A stretch of DNA of 64,000 nucleotides from Deltaproteobacteria bacterium (GTDB lineage: Bacteria; Desulfobacterota; BSN033; UBA1163). Location: assembly GCA_037443425.1 (NCBI GenBank), contig JBBIOI010000002.1:17867-81866 (forward strand). The letters are read 5' to 3'. Positions 35,195-45,879 of the stretch are shown in pieces; position 1 is the first letter of the stretch; each line of letters opens with the position of its first letter. The notes under the pieces were generated by a model. That model worked only from the letters and a program-made list of their open reading frames with translations, was not told where the DNA came from and made no database searches. The position numbers and the translations under genes were made by a program.

Positions 35195-36727
35195 TTATGT
35201 TATCAAATTTCTATCCAGGCTTCGATATTGAATTGCCTCAGAGAGATGGTGTGAGAGAATATTTTCTTCACCCTCAAGATCTGCAATTGTGCGGGCAACC
35301 TTCAGTATACGAGTATACGCCCTTGCACTTAAACCAAACTTATCAATAGCGGTTTCGAGTAATTTCTGACTTGCTTCATCAATCTGACAGAACTTCTTTA
35401 TGTGACGATTATTCATCTGTGCATTACAGTAAATCTTCATCCCTTTAAACCTATCAAGTTGAATCTTTCTTGCCTTATTGACCCTCTTCTTTATCTCACT
35501 TGATGGTTCACCTGGGTCTCGGCTTGCAAGATCACGATACTTAACAGCAGGAACCTCGATATGGATATCTATTCGATCCATTAGTGGCCCAGAAATCTTT
35601 GAACGATATCGGTGGATCTGAGGTAGGGTACAGCTGCATTCATTATTTGGATCACCGAAATAACCACAGGGACATGGATTCATTGCTGCAATCAGCATGA
35701 ATCGGGCAGGATATGTAAGGGATGTGGCAGCACGAGAGATTGTTACCCTCTCTTCCTCCAATGGCTGGCGCATTACTTCAAGGACATTTTTTTTAAATTC
35801 CGGCAATTCATCAAGGAATAGCACGCCATTATGTGAAAGACTTACTTCACCTGGTTTTGGAATCTGGCCCCCACCAATGAGTCCTGCATCTGAAATTGTA
35901 TGATGTGGACTTCTAAAAGGTCTTGTAACTATCAAAGAACTATCAGGAGGAATAAGCCCCATAACGCTATGGATCTTTGTAGTTTCGAGACTTTCTTCGA
36001 AATTCATATCAGGCAAGATGGTTGGTAATCGTTTTGCAAGCATTGTCTTTCCAGATCCAGGAGGGCCGATCATAATGACGTTATGTCCTCCGGCAGCTGC
36101 AACTTCAAGACATCGCTTAACATGCTCCTGACCTTTTACATCATTGAAATCTACCTGATAGTTTGACTCTGTTCTAAAGATTTCATCAAGATCAACTTCA
36201 ACAGGATTGACATGGATGTTTCCATTAAGAAATTCAACACACTGGGATAGGGTGTCCAATGGTAGGACCTCTATCCCCTTTACGACTGCTGCCTCCTTGG
36301 AGTTGGATCTTGGAAGAAGGACTCCCTTTAGGCCCGAATCCCTTGCAGCAACAGCAATTGGTAGTGTCCCTTTTATGGGTTTTATCTGACCATCGAGTGA
36401 TAACTCACCAAGAATAAAATAGTCATTAAGTTTTTCCTTTTTTACAATCTCTGTTGCGGTAAGGATTCCAATGGCTATTGGTAAATCAAATGCAGCACCC
36501 TCCTTTTTAATATCAGCAGGGGCAAGGTTTACAGTAATTCTCCTTGATGGAAAATCGTAGCCACAATTCTTTATCGCTGCTTTTACTCTATCCTTCGACT
36601 CTTTTACTGCCCCTTCAGGAAGTCCAACAGTTGCAAAAGTTGGAAGGCCAAGAGATATGTCAACCTCTACCTCAACCACATAAGCATCTATCCCAAAAAC
36701 TGCACTGCTAAGAACTCGAGCTAACAT
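35195..36727 (-). CDS. comM: YifB/ComM-family Mg-chelatase-like AAA+ ATPase
   Basis: Lon-like N-domain, Walker [19 protein letters not shown], Walker [12 protein letters not shown], and a C-terminal ChlI-like tail. Confidence 0.9.
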   Translation of the reverse strand: MLARVLSSAVFGIDAYVVEVEVDISLGLPTFATVGLPEGAVKESKDRVKAAIKNCGYDFPSRRITVNLAPADIKKEGAAFDLPIAIGILTATEIVKKEKLNDYFILGELSLDGQIKPIKGTLPIAVAARDSGLKGVLLPRSNSKEAAVVKGIEVLPLDTLSQCVEFLNGNIHVNPVEVDLDEIFRTESNYQVDFNDVKGQEHVKRCLEVAAAGGHNVIMIGPPGSGKTMLAKRLPTILPDMNFEESLETTKIHSVMGLIPPDSSLIVTRPFRSPHHTISDAGLIGGGQIPKPGEVSLSHNGVLFLDELPEFKKNVLEVMRQPLEEERVTISRAATSLTYPARFMLIAAMNPCPCGYFGDPNNECSCTLPQIHRYRSKISGPLMDRIDIHIEVPAVKYRDLASRDPGEPSSEIKKRVNKARKIQLDRFKGMKIYCNAQMNNRHIKKFCQIDEASQKLLETAIDKFGLSARAYTRILKVARTIADLEGEENILSHHLSEAIQYRSLDRNLIT

Positions 36728-36876
36728 TGGAAGAATTTATATCAAAATTTAATCCATAAGGCAAGTAAAAATTTAAACCTTATGTTATCTTTACATATTA
36801 AAACATATTTGATATAAAGATTTAATAAAGGTCTATTTTTAAGATGTTATTGAAATTATAAAAAAGGTATGCAAAT

Positions 36877-37131
36877 TTGAATGAAAAAGAAAGAAGGAAC
36901 GAGGATCGAAAAATAAGATTTTTAAGATACCTTGTAGATTTTTCTATCCTCTCTATCGAGCAAGAAGATCTTACGTTAGATATGGCATTAAAGATTGTTG
37001 AAGATGTTAAACAGGCAGTTCTGAATCTTTTCCCAGACAAGGAGAGTGTGTTTGAATTGATTTATCGTCCAAGATTTAATAGGGTCATTGAAGAAAGGTT
37101 TGGTGTCAAGCTTGATAGGCCGAAATTTTAA
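36877..37131 (+). CDS. hypothetical small protein
   Basis: An 84-codon ORF from a TTG start in a divergent intergenic position. No motif and no clear Shine-Dalgarno. Confidence 0.3.
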   Translation: MNEKERRNEDRKIRFLRYLVDFSILSIEQEDLTLDMALKIVEDVKQAVLNLFPDKESVFELIYRPRFNRVIEERFGVKLDRPKF

Positions 37132-37134
37132 TAT

Positions 37135-38325
37135 TTAATCACTTTCAATATAAATGATACCATCTTCAGCATGAGTAAGACGTTCAACCCCTTTTTCTGT
37201 GACAACATAGTCGTCCTCGAAGGCAACAACACCAATCTCTGGGAATATAAACTTCGGTTCAAAAGCAAAAACCATACCTGGCTGTAGAGGTTTTGAAAAG
37301 CCTCTTGAGAGCAAAGGAAACTCATCAATTTCAAGCCCGATTCCATGTCCAACAAAAGGGGCCTGATCTTTCTTTGTACCAATGAAATAATCTTCTAATC
37401 CATGTTTTTTAACTATCTTTGAGCAATGATAATATATTTCGGAACATAGGACACCAGGTTTTGCAATCCTTTCCATTTTGTCTCTAATCTCTAAACCAAC
37501 TTTATATGCATCTTTAAGTCTTTCAGGAAGGCAGCCAATAACATAAGTCCTTGTTCCGTCCGTAATGTAACCATTGTAGGCAATACTGAAATCAATCTGG
37601 ATAGGAGTATCTTTTTTAATCCTATTGTAACTTGACCCCTGAGGGAAGGCAGGAGAGATCCCTGGTCCAATGACTGATACATCTAAATGGGTTAACGAAG
37701 TCCCTGATTTTCCCGAAAGAACAGATGCATTAACCATATCCTGATTCCATGCCCTCATTCTTGTAATCCCTTGATGACCTTTGCGACGTCCATATTCGAT
37801 TAATATTGATTCAACATCGATCTCTGTCATTTCAGGTTTTATTATACTTTTCGCATAGAAAAAGACCTCGTCAAGGATTTTGGCTGAATGCCTTAGTAAG
37901 CTTATCTCATAATTTGATTTAATCATCCTTATCTCTTTAATCCCACGGGATATGTCCAGAAATTCAGATTGTGGAAAAATTCTTTCAATTTGCCTAAAGA
38001 TATTTACTGGCAGTACATCAAATTCGAGACCAATCTTTTTTGTTTTTCTTTGTTTCTTAAGAATCTGTGAGATAAGTCTTGGTCTTTCAATATAAACTAT
38101 ATCTTTAATTGGTGATTCCCTTTTTGCGCGATCAAAGTCCTTTTGAACAAAAAGGATCGGCTCATCGTCGACGGGGATAAAAAGATGAGCTTTCTGTATG
38201 GTACCAGAGAAGTAAAAGAGATCTACATTTTGCAAAATAATACAAGACTCTATCCCTGCTTTTCTCATGAGGGATTGAAGTCTTTCAATCCTATACGAAA
38301 TCTCTTCATATGATAAGGTTTCCAT
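37135..38325 (-). CDS. M24-family Xaa-Pro aminopeptidase / creatinase-fold peptidase
   Basis: Creatinase-like N-domain and an M24 core with VGHGIGLEIDEFP and VFAFEP metal-ligand blocks. Confidence 0.85.
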   Translation of the reverse strand: METLSYEEISYRIERLQSLMRKAGIESCIILQNVDLFYFSGTIQKAHLFIPVDDEPILFVQKDFDRAKRESPIKDIVYIERPRLISQILKKQRKTKKIGLEFDVLPVNIFRQIERIFPQSEFLDISRGIKEIRMIKSNYEISLLRHSAKILDEVFFYAKSIIKPEMTEIDVESILIEYGRRKGHQGITRMRAWNQDMVNASVLSGKSGTSLTHLDVSVIGPGISPAFPQGSSYNRIKKDTPIQIDFSIAYNGYITDGTRTYVIGCLPERLKDAYKVGLEIRDKMERIAKPGVLCSEIYYHCSKIVKKHGLEDYFIGTKKDQAPFVGHGIGLEIDEFPLLSRGFSKPLQPGMVFAFEPKFIFPEIGVVAFEDDYVVTEKGVERLTHAEDGIIYIESD

Positions 38326-38326
38326 C

Positions 38327-40042
38327 TTAGCTATTTAACTCTTTAGAGATCATTTTTTCTAATTCACCTAAGACCTTTTCCTTCTCAATAAGAATAATCT
38401 CACCTGTTTTTCTCTTTTTAATCTCAATAAGACCTTTTTTTAAATTCTTCTCCCCAATTGTCAATCTTATCGGAATACCAATGAGATCTGCATCTTTAAA
38501 TTTCACACCAGGCGTCTCATCTCTATCATCATATAGAACCTCTATCCCCCTTTCAGTTAAATCTTGATAAAGTCTTTCAGCGGTCTCTCGTATCAATTCT
38601 ACTTTTATATTAACAGGGAGAATAATGACCTGAAATGGAGCAATTGGCATTGGGAAGATAATACCGTTCTCATCGTGAGACTGCTCTATGGCTGCTGCAA
38701 CAGTCCTTCCCACCCCAATACCGTAGCAGCCCATCACAATCTCCTTCTCATTACCTTTTTCATCAATGAAGGTCGCCCCCATGGCCTTGCTGTATTTTGT
38801 TCCAAGCTTAAATGTATGACCTACCTCAATTCCCTTATCCATTCTTGTCTCAGATCCACAATGAGGGCAGAGATCTCCAGGTGCATATCTACGGATATCC
38901 AAAAATTGTGAAACCTTAAAATCTCTGTCTAAATTTACATTTATGTAGTGCGCGTCTTTCTCATTTGCTCCTGTAACAAAGTTATACATTTTTTTAATAT
39001 CGATGTCTGCAAAGATAGGGATTGATAGCCCTATCGGCCCTGAGAATCCTTTTGGTGAATTAGATAGCTTTTCGATGCTTTTTTCATCAGCAAGCTGAAT
39101 ATGTGTGAGAGAAAGTTTATCTTTAACCCTTTTTTCATTAACTTCATGATCTCCTCGTACTAAAACGGCTATATATCCTTTGTCCGTTTCAAAGATAAGG
39201 GTTTTAACTAAATCTTTTGCCGAAACCCCAAGAAATTGGGTAACCTCCTCTACGGTTTTCTTCTCAGGTGTAAAGACCTTTTGGAGGGGCCTTAGAGTTG
39301 GATTTTCGGTATGGAATAGATTTCTTTTAAATTCTGCCTTTTCTATATTTGCTGCATAGGAACATTTTATACAACTTACGATGGTCTCTTCTCCGGTTTC
39401 TGCTAAAACCATAAATTCATGTGAGAATGTTCCACCAATAAGACCTGTTTCTGCCTCAACAGCCTTAAATTTTAACCCGCATCTTGTAAATATACGGGAG
39501 TAAGTGTCTAACATTTTTTGGTAGCTTTCGTCTGCACCTTTTTCATCTACATCGAAGCTATAGGCATCCTTCATAATAAATTCCCTTGCACGCATCACTC
39601 CAAAGCGGGGTCTTATCTCATCCCTAAATTTTGTTTGAATCTGATAGAGATTAAGGGGCATCTGCCTATATGAACGGATTTCTTTGCGTGCAATGTCTGT
39701 AATTATTTCTTCATGGGTTGGACCCAAGCAACAATCACGATCGTGGCGATCTTTAAATCTTGCCAGTTCCTTTCCGTATTCTTCCCATCGATGACTTTCC
39801 TGCCAGAGTTCTGCAGGCTGTACAAACGGCAGAAGTACCTCTATTGCCCCAGCCCTATCCATCTCTTCACGAATAATCTGTTCAACTTTGCGTATCGCCC
39901 TTAATCCAAAAGGCAGATAAGAATAGATCCCTGAGCTGACTTTACGAATCATGCCTGCCCGATACATCAGTTGATGGCTTGGAACTTCTGCCTCTGAAGG
40001 TGTCTCCCTCATAGTGGGAAGGAAATACTTTGAATAACGCAT
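38327..40042 (-). CDS. proS: proline--tRNA ligase (bacterial type with INS editing domain)
   Basis: MRYSKYFLPTMRETPSEAEV..., YRAGMIRKVSSGIYSYLP, and class II motifs FRDEIRPRFGVMRAREFIMKDAYSF. AAGGAGGAG lies 6 nt upstream of the ATG at 40042, so the 26-codon extension in the ORF track is probably not translated. Confidence 0.9.
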   Translation of the reverse strand: MRYSKYFLPTMRETPSEAEVPSHQLMYRAGMIRKVSSGIYSYLPFGLRAIRKVEQIIREEMDRAGAIEVLLPFVQPAELWQESHRWEEYGKELARFKDRHDRDCCLGPTHEEIITDIARKEIRSYRQMPLNLYQIQTKFRDEIRPRFGVMRAREFIMKDAYSFDVDEKGADESYQKMLDTYSRIFTRCGLKFKAVEAETGLIGGTFSHEFMVLAETGEETIVSCIKCSYAANIEKAEFKRNLFHTENPTLRPLQKVFTPEKKTVEEVTQFLGVSAKDLVKTLIFETDKGYIAVLVRGDHEVNEKRVKDKLSLTHIQLADEKSIEKLSNSPKGFSGPIGLSIPIFADIDIKKMYNFVTGANEKDAHYINVNLDRDFKVSQFLDIRRYAPGDLCPHCGSETRMDKGIEVGHTFKLGTKYSKAMGATFIDEKGNEKEIVMGCYGIGVGRTVAAAIEQSHDENGIIFPMPIAPFQVIILPVNIKVELIRETAERLYQDLTERGIEVLYDDRDETPGVKFKDADLIGIPIRLTIGEKNLKKGLIEIKKRKTGEIILIEKEKVLGELEKMISKELNS

Positions 40043-40122
40043 TTTTTTCTCCTCCTTGACTGAAAGATCTCTTATGAGAGGTTGATTTTTTTCATGCACT
40101 AATTTATATAAGATTTTCAATT

Positions 40123-40980
40123 ATGAAAAGGATTGTTCCTGTTCAAGGGTTAACCATTTTTTTTATAATCGGTCTTCTAATCCTGACCATTGTTTCTCAT
40201 CCGAGGATACCCCTTTGGCAATCCTTAGTCCTTTTCTATCTGATGTTATTGACCTCCTTATTCGCCCTTAAATATTCTTTTGATAAAATTGGTGGAAGAT
40301 TAATCGAATTCTTATTTGACTTTTCACCAGTCATATTTGTTATTCTTATCTATGAATCGCTTGGAAGTCTAATACCATATATTCGATCCGATATCGATCC
40401 TTTACTAATCAAAATTGATTTTTTTATCTTTGGCAATCATCCAAGCCTATGGATGGAGCGTTTTACCACCCCCTGGTTTACAGATCTTATGTCACTTTCG
40501 TATTTGAGTTATTATTTTATTCCAGTCGTTTTAATTTCAGTCCTTTATCTAAAGGATAAGATAATAGAGTTTAATAATGCCATGTTTGTGCTTACATTTG
40601 GATACTATCTTTCATTTGTTGGATATATCCTCTTTCCAGCAATAGGTCCTCGTTTTACCCTTGAAAATCTATATTCAATCCCTCTGAAAGGAAGCTTTAT
40701 TACAGATTTCGTAAGAGATACATTAAATGCACTTGAGCATAATAAAAGGGATTGCATGCCGAGTGGACATACCCAGATTGTCCTCATGGTTTTATATCTT
40801 GCCTCGAGATATGAAAGACTCCTTTTCTATATATTTTTACCAATCATCTGCCTACTTATTCTATCTACTATTTATCTGAGATACCATTATGTAGTTGACC
40901 TATTTGCCGGAGTTATTTTTGCAATTACCTCCATCTTAGTATCAAACTACATATATAAAAAATGGCAAAAAGGGTTTTAA
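40123..40980 (+). CDS. PAP2_C-type membrane enzyme (inositol-phosphorylceramide / sphingomyelin-synthase-like)
   Basis: Six or more TM helices. CMPSGHTQIV (SGHT) and RYHYVVDLFAG (HYxxD) resemble the D3/D4 motifs of the sphingomyelin/IPC synthase family. Confidence 0.65.
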   Translation: MKRIVPVQGLTIFFIIGLLILTIVSHPRIPLWQSLVLFYLMLLTSLFALKYSFDKIGGRLIEFLFDFSPVIFVILIYESLGSLIPYIRSDIDPLLIKIDFFIFGNHPSLWMERFTTPWFTDLMSLSYLSYYFIPVVLISVLYLKDKIIEFNNAMFVLTFGYYLSFVGYILFPAIGPRFTLENLYSIPLKGSFITDFVRDTLNALEHNKRDCMPSGHTQIVLMVLYLASRYERLLFYIFLPIICLLILSTIYLRYHYVVDLFAGVIFAITSILVSNYIYKKWQKGF

Positions 40981-42086
40981 ATTTCACTCTCATATATTCT
41001 ATAAGTTTTATAGCGTCTCCCTCCCATTGCCTCAATTCCACGTTGCATAAGAATATTGTTCTCCAATATCCAGGAGCATTCTGCATGCTTATAGCCTTTT
41101 TCGATTCCCCTTTTAAAGGTTTCAATATAAAGTAATGCCTCAACCCCCCTCTTCTGAAAATCATTTCTTACCCCTAAGAGCATAACCCGAAGGGTCTTGA
41201 TCATTCTTGAGTAGTAAAGATATTTGAAAAACCCAGTGATCCCAATCCTACCATTAAGGTGTTTAAGTACTTCGTTATAATCTGGAAGTGAAACTGAAAA
41301 TCCAACAGGTTTATCTTCCATATATGCGAAAAGAACCAATTCTGGGACAGAGATTGGCTTAAGGTCTTTTGCCAGGTGGTCAATCTCCTCATCTGTCATC
41401 GGAACAAAACCCCAATTATTGGTCCAAGCGTCATTATATATGTCTTTTATGATATTTAATTCATTTTTAAAATCCTTAAGATTAAGACTACGTACCCATA
41501 GCCTTGGTTCTTTTCTTTTAATCTTTTCCTCAAATCGGAAGAGACGATCTGAAAGGAATGTCTCCCTATCCAGCCAATACGCATAGAGGTCCATTGCCTT
41601 TCTTAACCCAAATTCTTCAATCAATTGAGGGTAGTATGGAGGATTATAAGGCATCATTAAACAGGGATATAATTCAAAGCCATCGATTAGTAAACCACAT
41701 TCATCATTAGTTGAAGGATTCATTGGTCCTGCCATTCTTTGCATTCCATGATCTTTAAGCCATTCTTTGACGTTTGTCAGTAGTACCTTAGAGACTTCAG
41801 AATCATATATGGATTCAAAAAATCCGAAGAAACCAAGCCTTTCATTATGGAAACGAATATAATGATGATCGATAATACCTGCAATCCTACCTACAACCTC
41901 GCCTCCTCTTTGTGCTAAAAGTAATATCAAATCAGAATGGGATAAAAATGGGTTTTGAGGGCTAAATTTTTTAAGCTGGTCTTTAATTAATGGTGGTACC
42001 CATCGGTCACAATCTTTGTATATCTTCCATGGTAGTTTAATAAAATCTAATAGTTCCTTTTTATCTTTTACCTCTTTTATAATCAC
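40977..42086 (-). CDS. GNAT-fold acyltransferase, candidate bacterial ceramide synthase
   Basis: 369 aa, with WVPPLIKDQ..., GRIAGIIDH...GFFGFFES, and a C-terminal GVRNDFQKRGVEALLY acyl-CoA-binding-like block. The functional call rests on synteny with the Spt and SDR genes. Confidence 0.5.
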   Translation of the reverse strand: MIIKEVKDKKELLDFIKLPWKIYKDCDRWVPPLIKDQLKKFSPQNPFLSHSDLILLLAQRGGEVVGRIAGIIDHHYIRFHNERLGFFGFFESIYDSEVSKVLLTNVKEWLKDHGMQRMAGPMNPSTNDECGLLIDGFELYPCLMMPYNPPYYPQLIEEFGLRKAMDLYAYWLDRETFLSDRLFRFEEKIKRKEPRLWVRSLNLKDFKNELNIIKDIYNDAWTNNWGFVPMTDEEIDHLAKDLKPISVPELVLFAYMEDKPVGFSVSLPDYNEVLKHLNGRIGITGFFKYLYYSRMIKTLRVMLLGVRNDFQKRGVEALLYIETFKRGIEKGYKHAECSWILENNILMQRGIEAMGGRRYKTYRIYESEI

Positions 42087-42113
42087 GTTGCCTCTATCTA
42101 CCCATCCTTTCCT

Positions 42114-43295
42114 TCAGATCAATCCCAACTGTTTTCCTACCTTCTCAAATGCTGAAAGCACATGATCCAGTTGCTCCTCTGTATGGGTGGCCATATAACT
42201 TGTTCTTAATAGTTCTCTTCCAGGGGGAACAGCAGGGCTAACAACAGCATTTACAAAGACTCCATTTTCAAAAAGAAGCTTACACATCTGATACACTTTC
42301 ATATTGTCTTTAATAATTATAGGAATAATAGGAGTTTCACTTACCCCTGTATCGAAGCCAAGGCTCTTATAACCTTTTAGCATCTTATGTGTATTTTTCC
42401 ATAGCTGAATTCTCAATTCAGGTTGTTCCTCGATTATGTCAAGGGCTGTACTTACAGAGGCTACCAAGGCAGGAGGAAGACTTGCACTAAAGATCATAGA
42501 ACGGCCCATATGCTTGATAAAATTTATTACCTCCTTTGAGCCTGCAACAAATCCTCCAATAGCTGCAAGGGATTTACTATATGTTCCCATTATAAGGTCA
42601 ACCTTATCTTCAAGCCCGAAGTGCTCTGCAGTTCCTCTTCCTCCATCTCCAAGGACACCAATTGCATGGGCATCGTCTACCATAATCCTTGCCTCATAGG
42701 CCTCGGCCAGTTTTACAATAGAGGGAAGGTCAGCTATATCTCCTTCCATACTAAATATGCCATCTACAATGATTAACTTACCTTTTCCTTTTAAACCTTC
42801 AAGAACCCTTTCAAGATCTTTCATATCATTATGTTTAAACTTTTTGACCTGACCGAAGGAGAGGCGACATCCATCGATAATACTTGCATGATCATACTTA
42901 TCAATAATGGCTACATCATTTCTGCCAATCAGCGCAGAGATGGTCCCGAGATTTGTTTGATAACCTGTTGCAAAGACAAGGGCAGCTTCTTTTCGGAAAA
43001 ATTTTGCAAGTTTAGCCTCTAACTCTTCATGGATCTCAAGGTTCCCATTAAGAAACCTTGAGCCAGCACAACCACTTCCATATCTCTCGATTGCCTTTAT
43101 AGCTGCCTCTTTTACCCTTGGATGATTGGTTAAACCAAGATAATTGTTTGAACCAATCATAATTACCCTTTTACCATTAACCATAACTTCAGAGTCCTGT
43201 GGTGATTCAAGTCTCCTAAAGAAGAAATAATGACCGCTGTCTCTTAATTCCTGTGTTTGTTCATATATTTTTGAACATTTTTCAAATACGTCCAT
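42114..43295 (-). CDS. alpha-oxoamine synthase family enzyme, serine palmitoyltransferase-like
   Basis: GSNNYLGL, GSRFLNGN, DDAHAIG, and GTYSKSLAAIGGF (PLP lysine). The C-terminal VNAVVSPAVPPGRELLRTSYMATHT parallels Sphingomonas Spt as I recall it. Confidence 0.75.
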   Translation of the reverse strand: MDVFEKCSKIYEQTQELRDSGHYFFFRRLESPQDSEVMVNGKRVIMIGSNNYLGLTNHPRVKEAAIKAIERYGSGCAGSRFLNGNLEIHEELEAKLAKFFRKEAALVFATGYQTNLGTISALIGRNDVAIIDKYDHASIIDGCRLSFGQVKKFKHNDMKDLERVLEGLKGKGKLIIVDGIFSMEGDIADLPSIVKLAEAYEARIMVDDAHAIGVLGDGGRGTAEHFGLEDKVDLIMGTYSKSLAAIGGFVAGSKEVINFIKHMGRSMIFSASLPPALVASVSTALDIIEEQPELRIQLWKNTHKMLKGYKSLGFDTGVSETPIIPIIIKDNMKVYQMCKLLFENGVFVNAVVSPAVPPGRELLRTSYMATHTEEQLDHVLSAFEKVGKQLGLI

Positions 43296-43310
43296 TTATA
43301 TCTCCTTCTC

Positions 43311-44291
43311 TTATAACCATTTTTCCTTTTTATACCATTCAAAGGTTAATTTTACACCTTCGGGTAATTTGATCTTTGGGTTATAGCCAAGCATTGTTTT
43401 TGCTTTCGTAATATCACATAACCAATTTGGTTTGGTAATCTCATTTAATTTACCTCTATTAAGAATGGGAGGTTTTTTTGAGATTTTAGAATAATATTCT
43501 GATATATAAGCAACTCCCCAGAGAAAAGATTTCGGAATGGGAATCTCCAATGCATTTACACCAATTGCCTCTGAAAAGATATCACCAATCTGTTTTAATT
43601 GATAATCTTCACCATCTGAAAGGAAGAATATCTCACCGCTATTTAATGGAGATTCAGAAGCAAGAATAATGCCATCTATGATGTCTTGGATATAACAGAG
43701 GCTTAAAAGTTGCTTTCCACCCCAAAAAATTGGTTTTATTCCTTTTGATATGCATTTAAAAAAAGAATATATATCCTTTTCCCTTGGTCCATAAACTGCA
43801 CAGGGCCTAAGAATAACAACTGGAAGCTCTTTACTTAGGGCAAGGGCAAATTCTTCTCCCATTCTTTTACTTTTACCATATGGAGAGACGGGTTCACAAG
43901 GGTCCTCTTCACACTTTTTTTCTCCATTATTACAGGGGCCAGAGGCTGCCTGGCTCGAGAGATAGACAAATCTTTTTAGGCCTGGATTATTTTTTATACA
44001 TGCCATTAGAAGGTTTTTAGTACCAATTGCATTTACTTTAAAATAAGTCTCTTCATCGATACTCTTTGTAACACCTGCAATATGAAAGACCATATCAACT
44101 GACTTTACTGCCTTTGTTAGGGAGGATTCATCAGTACAGTCACCATAAGCAATATCTATTGGAAGTCCATCTAACCATCTGAGATTACTCCTTTCCCTAA
44201 TAAGGCAACGAACCTTGTAGCCCCTTTTTATAAGATTCTCGACTAAATGACTTCCAATAAATCCTGTCCCACCTGTTACCAATGCAATCAA
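43311..44291 (-). CDS. NAD-dependent epimerase/dehydratase-family extended SDR (candidate ceramide/3-keto reductase)
   Basis: VTGGTGFIGSHLVENL Rossmann motif and a YGKSK catalytic YxxxK. Confidence 0.8.
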   Translation of the reverse strand: MIALVTGGTGFIGSHLVENLIKRGYKVRCLIRERSNLRWLDGLPIDIAYGDCTDESSLTKAVKSVDMVFHIAGVTKSIDEETYFKVNAIGTKNLLMACIKNNPGLKRFVYLSSQAASGPCNNGEKKCEEDPCEPVSPYGKSKRMGEEFALALSKELPVVILRPCAVYGPREKDIYSFFKCISKGIKPIFWGGKQLLSLCYIQDIIDGIILASESPLNSGEIFFLSDGEDYQLKQIGDIFSEAIGVNALEIPIPKSFLWGVAYISEYYSKISKKPPILNRGKLNEITKPNWLCDITKAKTMLGYNPKIKLPEGVKLTFEWYKKEKWL

Positions 44292-44365
44292 GCAAAACTC
44301 CTTTGTCAGAAATTAAAATTTTATATCTTTTTATTAAATTGTCAATGCAATCTCGATTTCAATTT

Positions 44366-45742
44366 TTATATTTCTCCAATTAATCTTATATCAGTTATTC
44401 TATGAAGAAGAGAACCGTCTGGACCAGATCCTCCAAGACTAAGATCTGTTATTGCGACTTTACCAATCTTGTAAATAAATGTAGAACCTGATTTATCCGT
44501 TCTCTGTACCCCCCAAATGCTGTGAATAACATAATATTTCTCATTATCTTTTCCGAGGTATAACATTATATGGCCAGGAAGCCTTAGAATAGTTGCAAGC
44601 GGTGGAGCACTCTCAAGAATCATCCTCTTTTTCTCTATATCATCTTTGTCAAATTCGCTAATAGGCTTTCCAACCTGGGCTTGAAATCTTGAGTTTCGTG
44701 GCATTATGATTCCAAAACTTGAAAATACATCCATAATAAACCTTGAACAATCTATTCCTCCACCTTTATCACCCCAGCTATATTTTTTGTTCAGTAATTT
44801 AAATGCCTGAAAAGCAATATTCTCTTGGGTGTAAGGCAGAAACCCTTGATGCACATTTTTATTTGCAATAACATAAGCCTTTTTAAAGCCAAGGCCTCCA
44901 TCGGGTTTATTAAATGGTATCTTGATAATATATTTACTATCAGATCCTTCAGGGGCCTTAATGATTGGGAAAAGGCAACCCATATTTGCCTCAAAGGCCT
45001 TTCTTTTAAAAGATGGATCTTCAAAGACCTCAATATTATCTCCGGTTATGAGTAATCGATTTTTTTCTTCAACATAATTCTTTACATAATCTTTACTTTT
45101 TGCAATTGCTATATCTTTCCTTCTTACCCAGCCACGGATAAAACCAGTCTGGACGTATGCCCATTGATGGTCTCGGCTAAAGTGATATATTGCAATGGGC
45201 GAACCCGGAGAAATTGATGAGTGTTGGAATCTATCAAAGTCATAGAGGTCTGGATTTGAAACAGAGATTTCATAAGTAGGAAAGACCCTGATATCTGTTC
45301 GTGCAGTTATAAATCCAAAAGAGATCTGATTTTTATCCCTGAGTACATCCCGATTCATATTATTTATTAATTTTTCCCAGAAGAGACCATTTAATATCTT
45401 TCCATTTCTTCCATATCTCACTTCTTCTGTTTTTCCAAAACCTTTCAAATCCTCCTCGAACAGGCTTAGTATCTCTTCTTTAGTCCATTCATCCTTGAGT
45501 GATAACACATCACAAAGATAAAGATCTTGTCTTTTTAAATTCTCTTGATTCATTTTTTGTATCTGGTTTTCAGTTAATAAAATACGGTCAGGGCTTTTTA
45601 ATTTTTTAATCCAAAAAAGAGGGTCTTCCATTTCTTTTGAGACGTTGGGGATTAAATTTGAAGCAAATAGATTTAAGTTAAATAGATTCGTATAGAGAAA
45701 AAGGATAGAAAAAATAGAGATGATTAACTTTTTTGATCTCAT
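44366..45742 (-). CDS. secreted NlpC/P60 (C40) peptidase with N-terminal and SH3-like domains
   Basis: Signal peptide. The catalytic-Cys block GIDCSRFIMDVFSSFGIIMPRNS and a downstream HIMLYLG His block. Confidence 0.8.
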   Translation of the reverse strand: MRSKKLIISIFSILFLYTNLFNLNLFASNLIPNVSKEMEDPLFWIKKLKSPDRILLTENQIQKMNQENLKRQDLYLCDVLSLKDEWTKEEILSLFEEDLKGFGKTEEVRYGRNGKILNGLFWEKLINNMNRDVLRDKNQISFGFITARTDIRVFPTYEISVSNPDLYDFDRFQHSSISPGSPIAIYHFSRDHQWAYVQTGFIRGWVRRKDIAIAKSKDYVKNYVEEKNRLLITGDNIEVFEDPSFKRKAFEANMGCLFPIIKAPEGSDSKYIIKIPFNKPDGGLGFKKAYVIANKNVHQGFLPYTQENIAFQAFKLLNKKYSWGDKGGGIDCSRFIMDVFSSFGIIMPRNSRFQAQVGKPISEFDKDDIEKKRMILESAPPLATILRLPGHIMLYLGKDNEKYYVIHSIWGVQRTDKSGSTFIYKIGKVAITDLSLGGSGPDGSLLHRITDIRLIGEI

Positions 45743-45777
45743 ATTGACAAAAAAAAATTAATATGTTAACTTAAATT

Positions 45778-45806
45778 AAGTTACCAATTCGGTAACTTTT
45801 TTTTTA
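45778..45806 (+). terminator. orphan terminator-like hairpin in a divergent intergenic region
   Basis: AAGTTACC/GGTAACTT perfect 8-bp stem with loop AATTC, followed by a run of T's. No + strand gene lies upstream. Confidence 0.4.
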
Positions 45807-45879
45807 TCTTTAATTTAAAAATAAAATGCTATTATTTTCAATAGAATAAAAAACTTAAAAGGAAAGGGGGTTGATTGCC

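Noticed and set aside
40043-40120. A 26-codon N-terminal extension of ProS (ORF-track start 40120).
   Set aside because: AAGGAGGAG precedes the internal ATG at 40042, and the conserved ProS N-terminus (MRYSKYFLPT) begins there. The extension would also abut the divergent PAP2 gene start.
42114-43295. Annotating the alpha-oxoamine synthase as BioF or Kbl.
   Set aside because: No bio or tdh genes are adjacent. SRFLNGN and the C-terminal block look Spt-like, and the SDR and GNAT neighbours fit ceramide synthesis. This remains unverified without a phylogeny.
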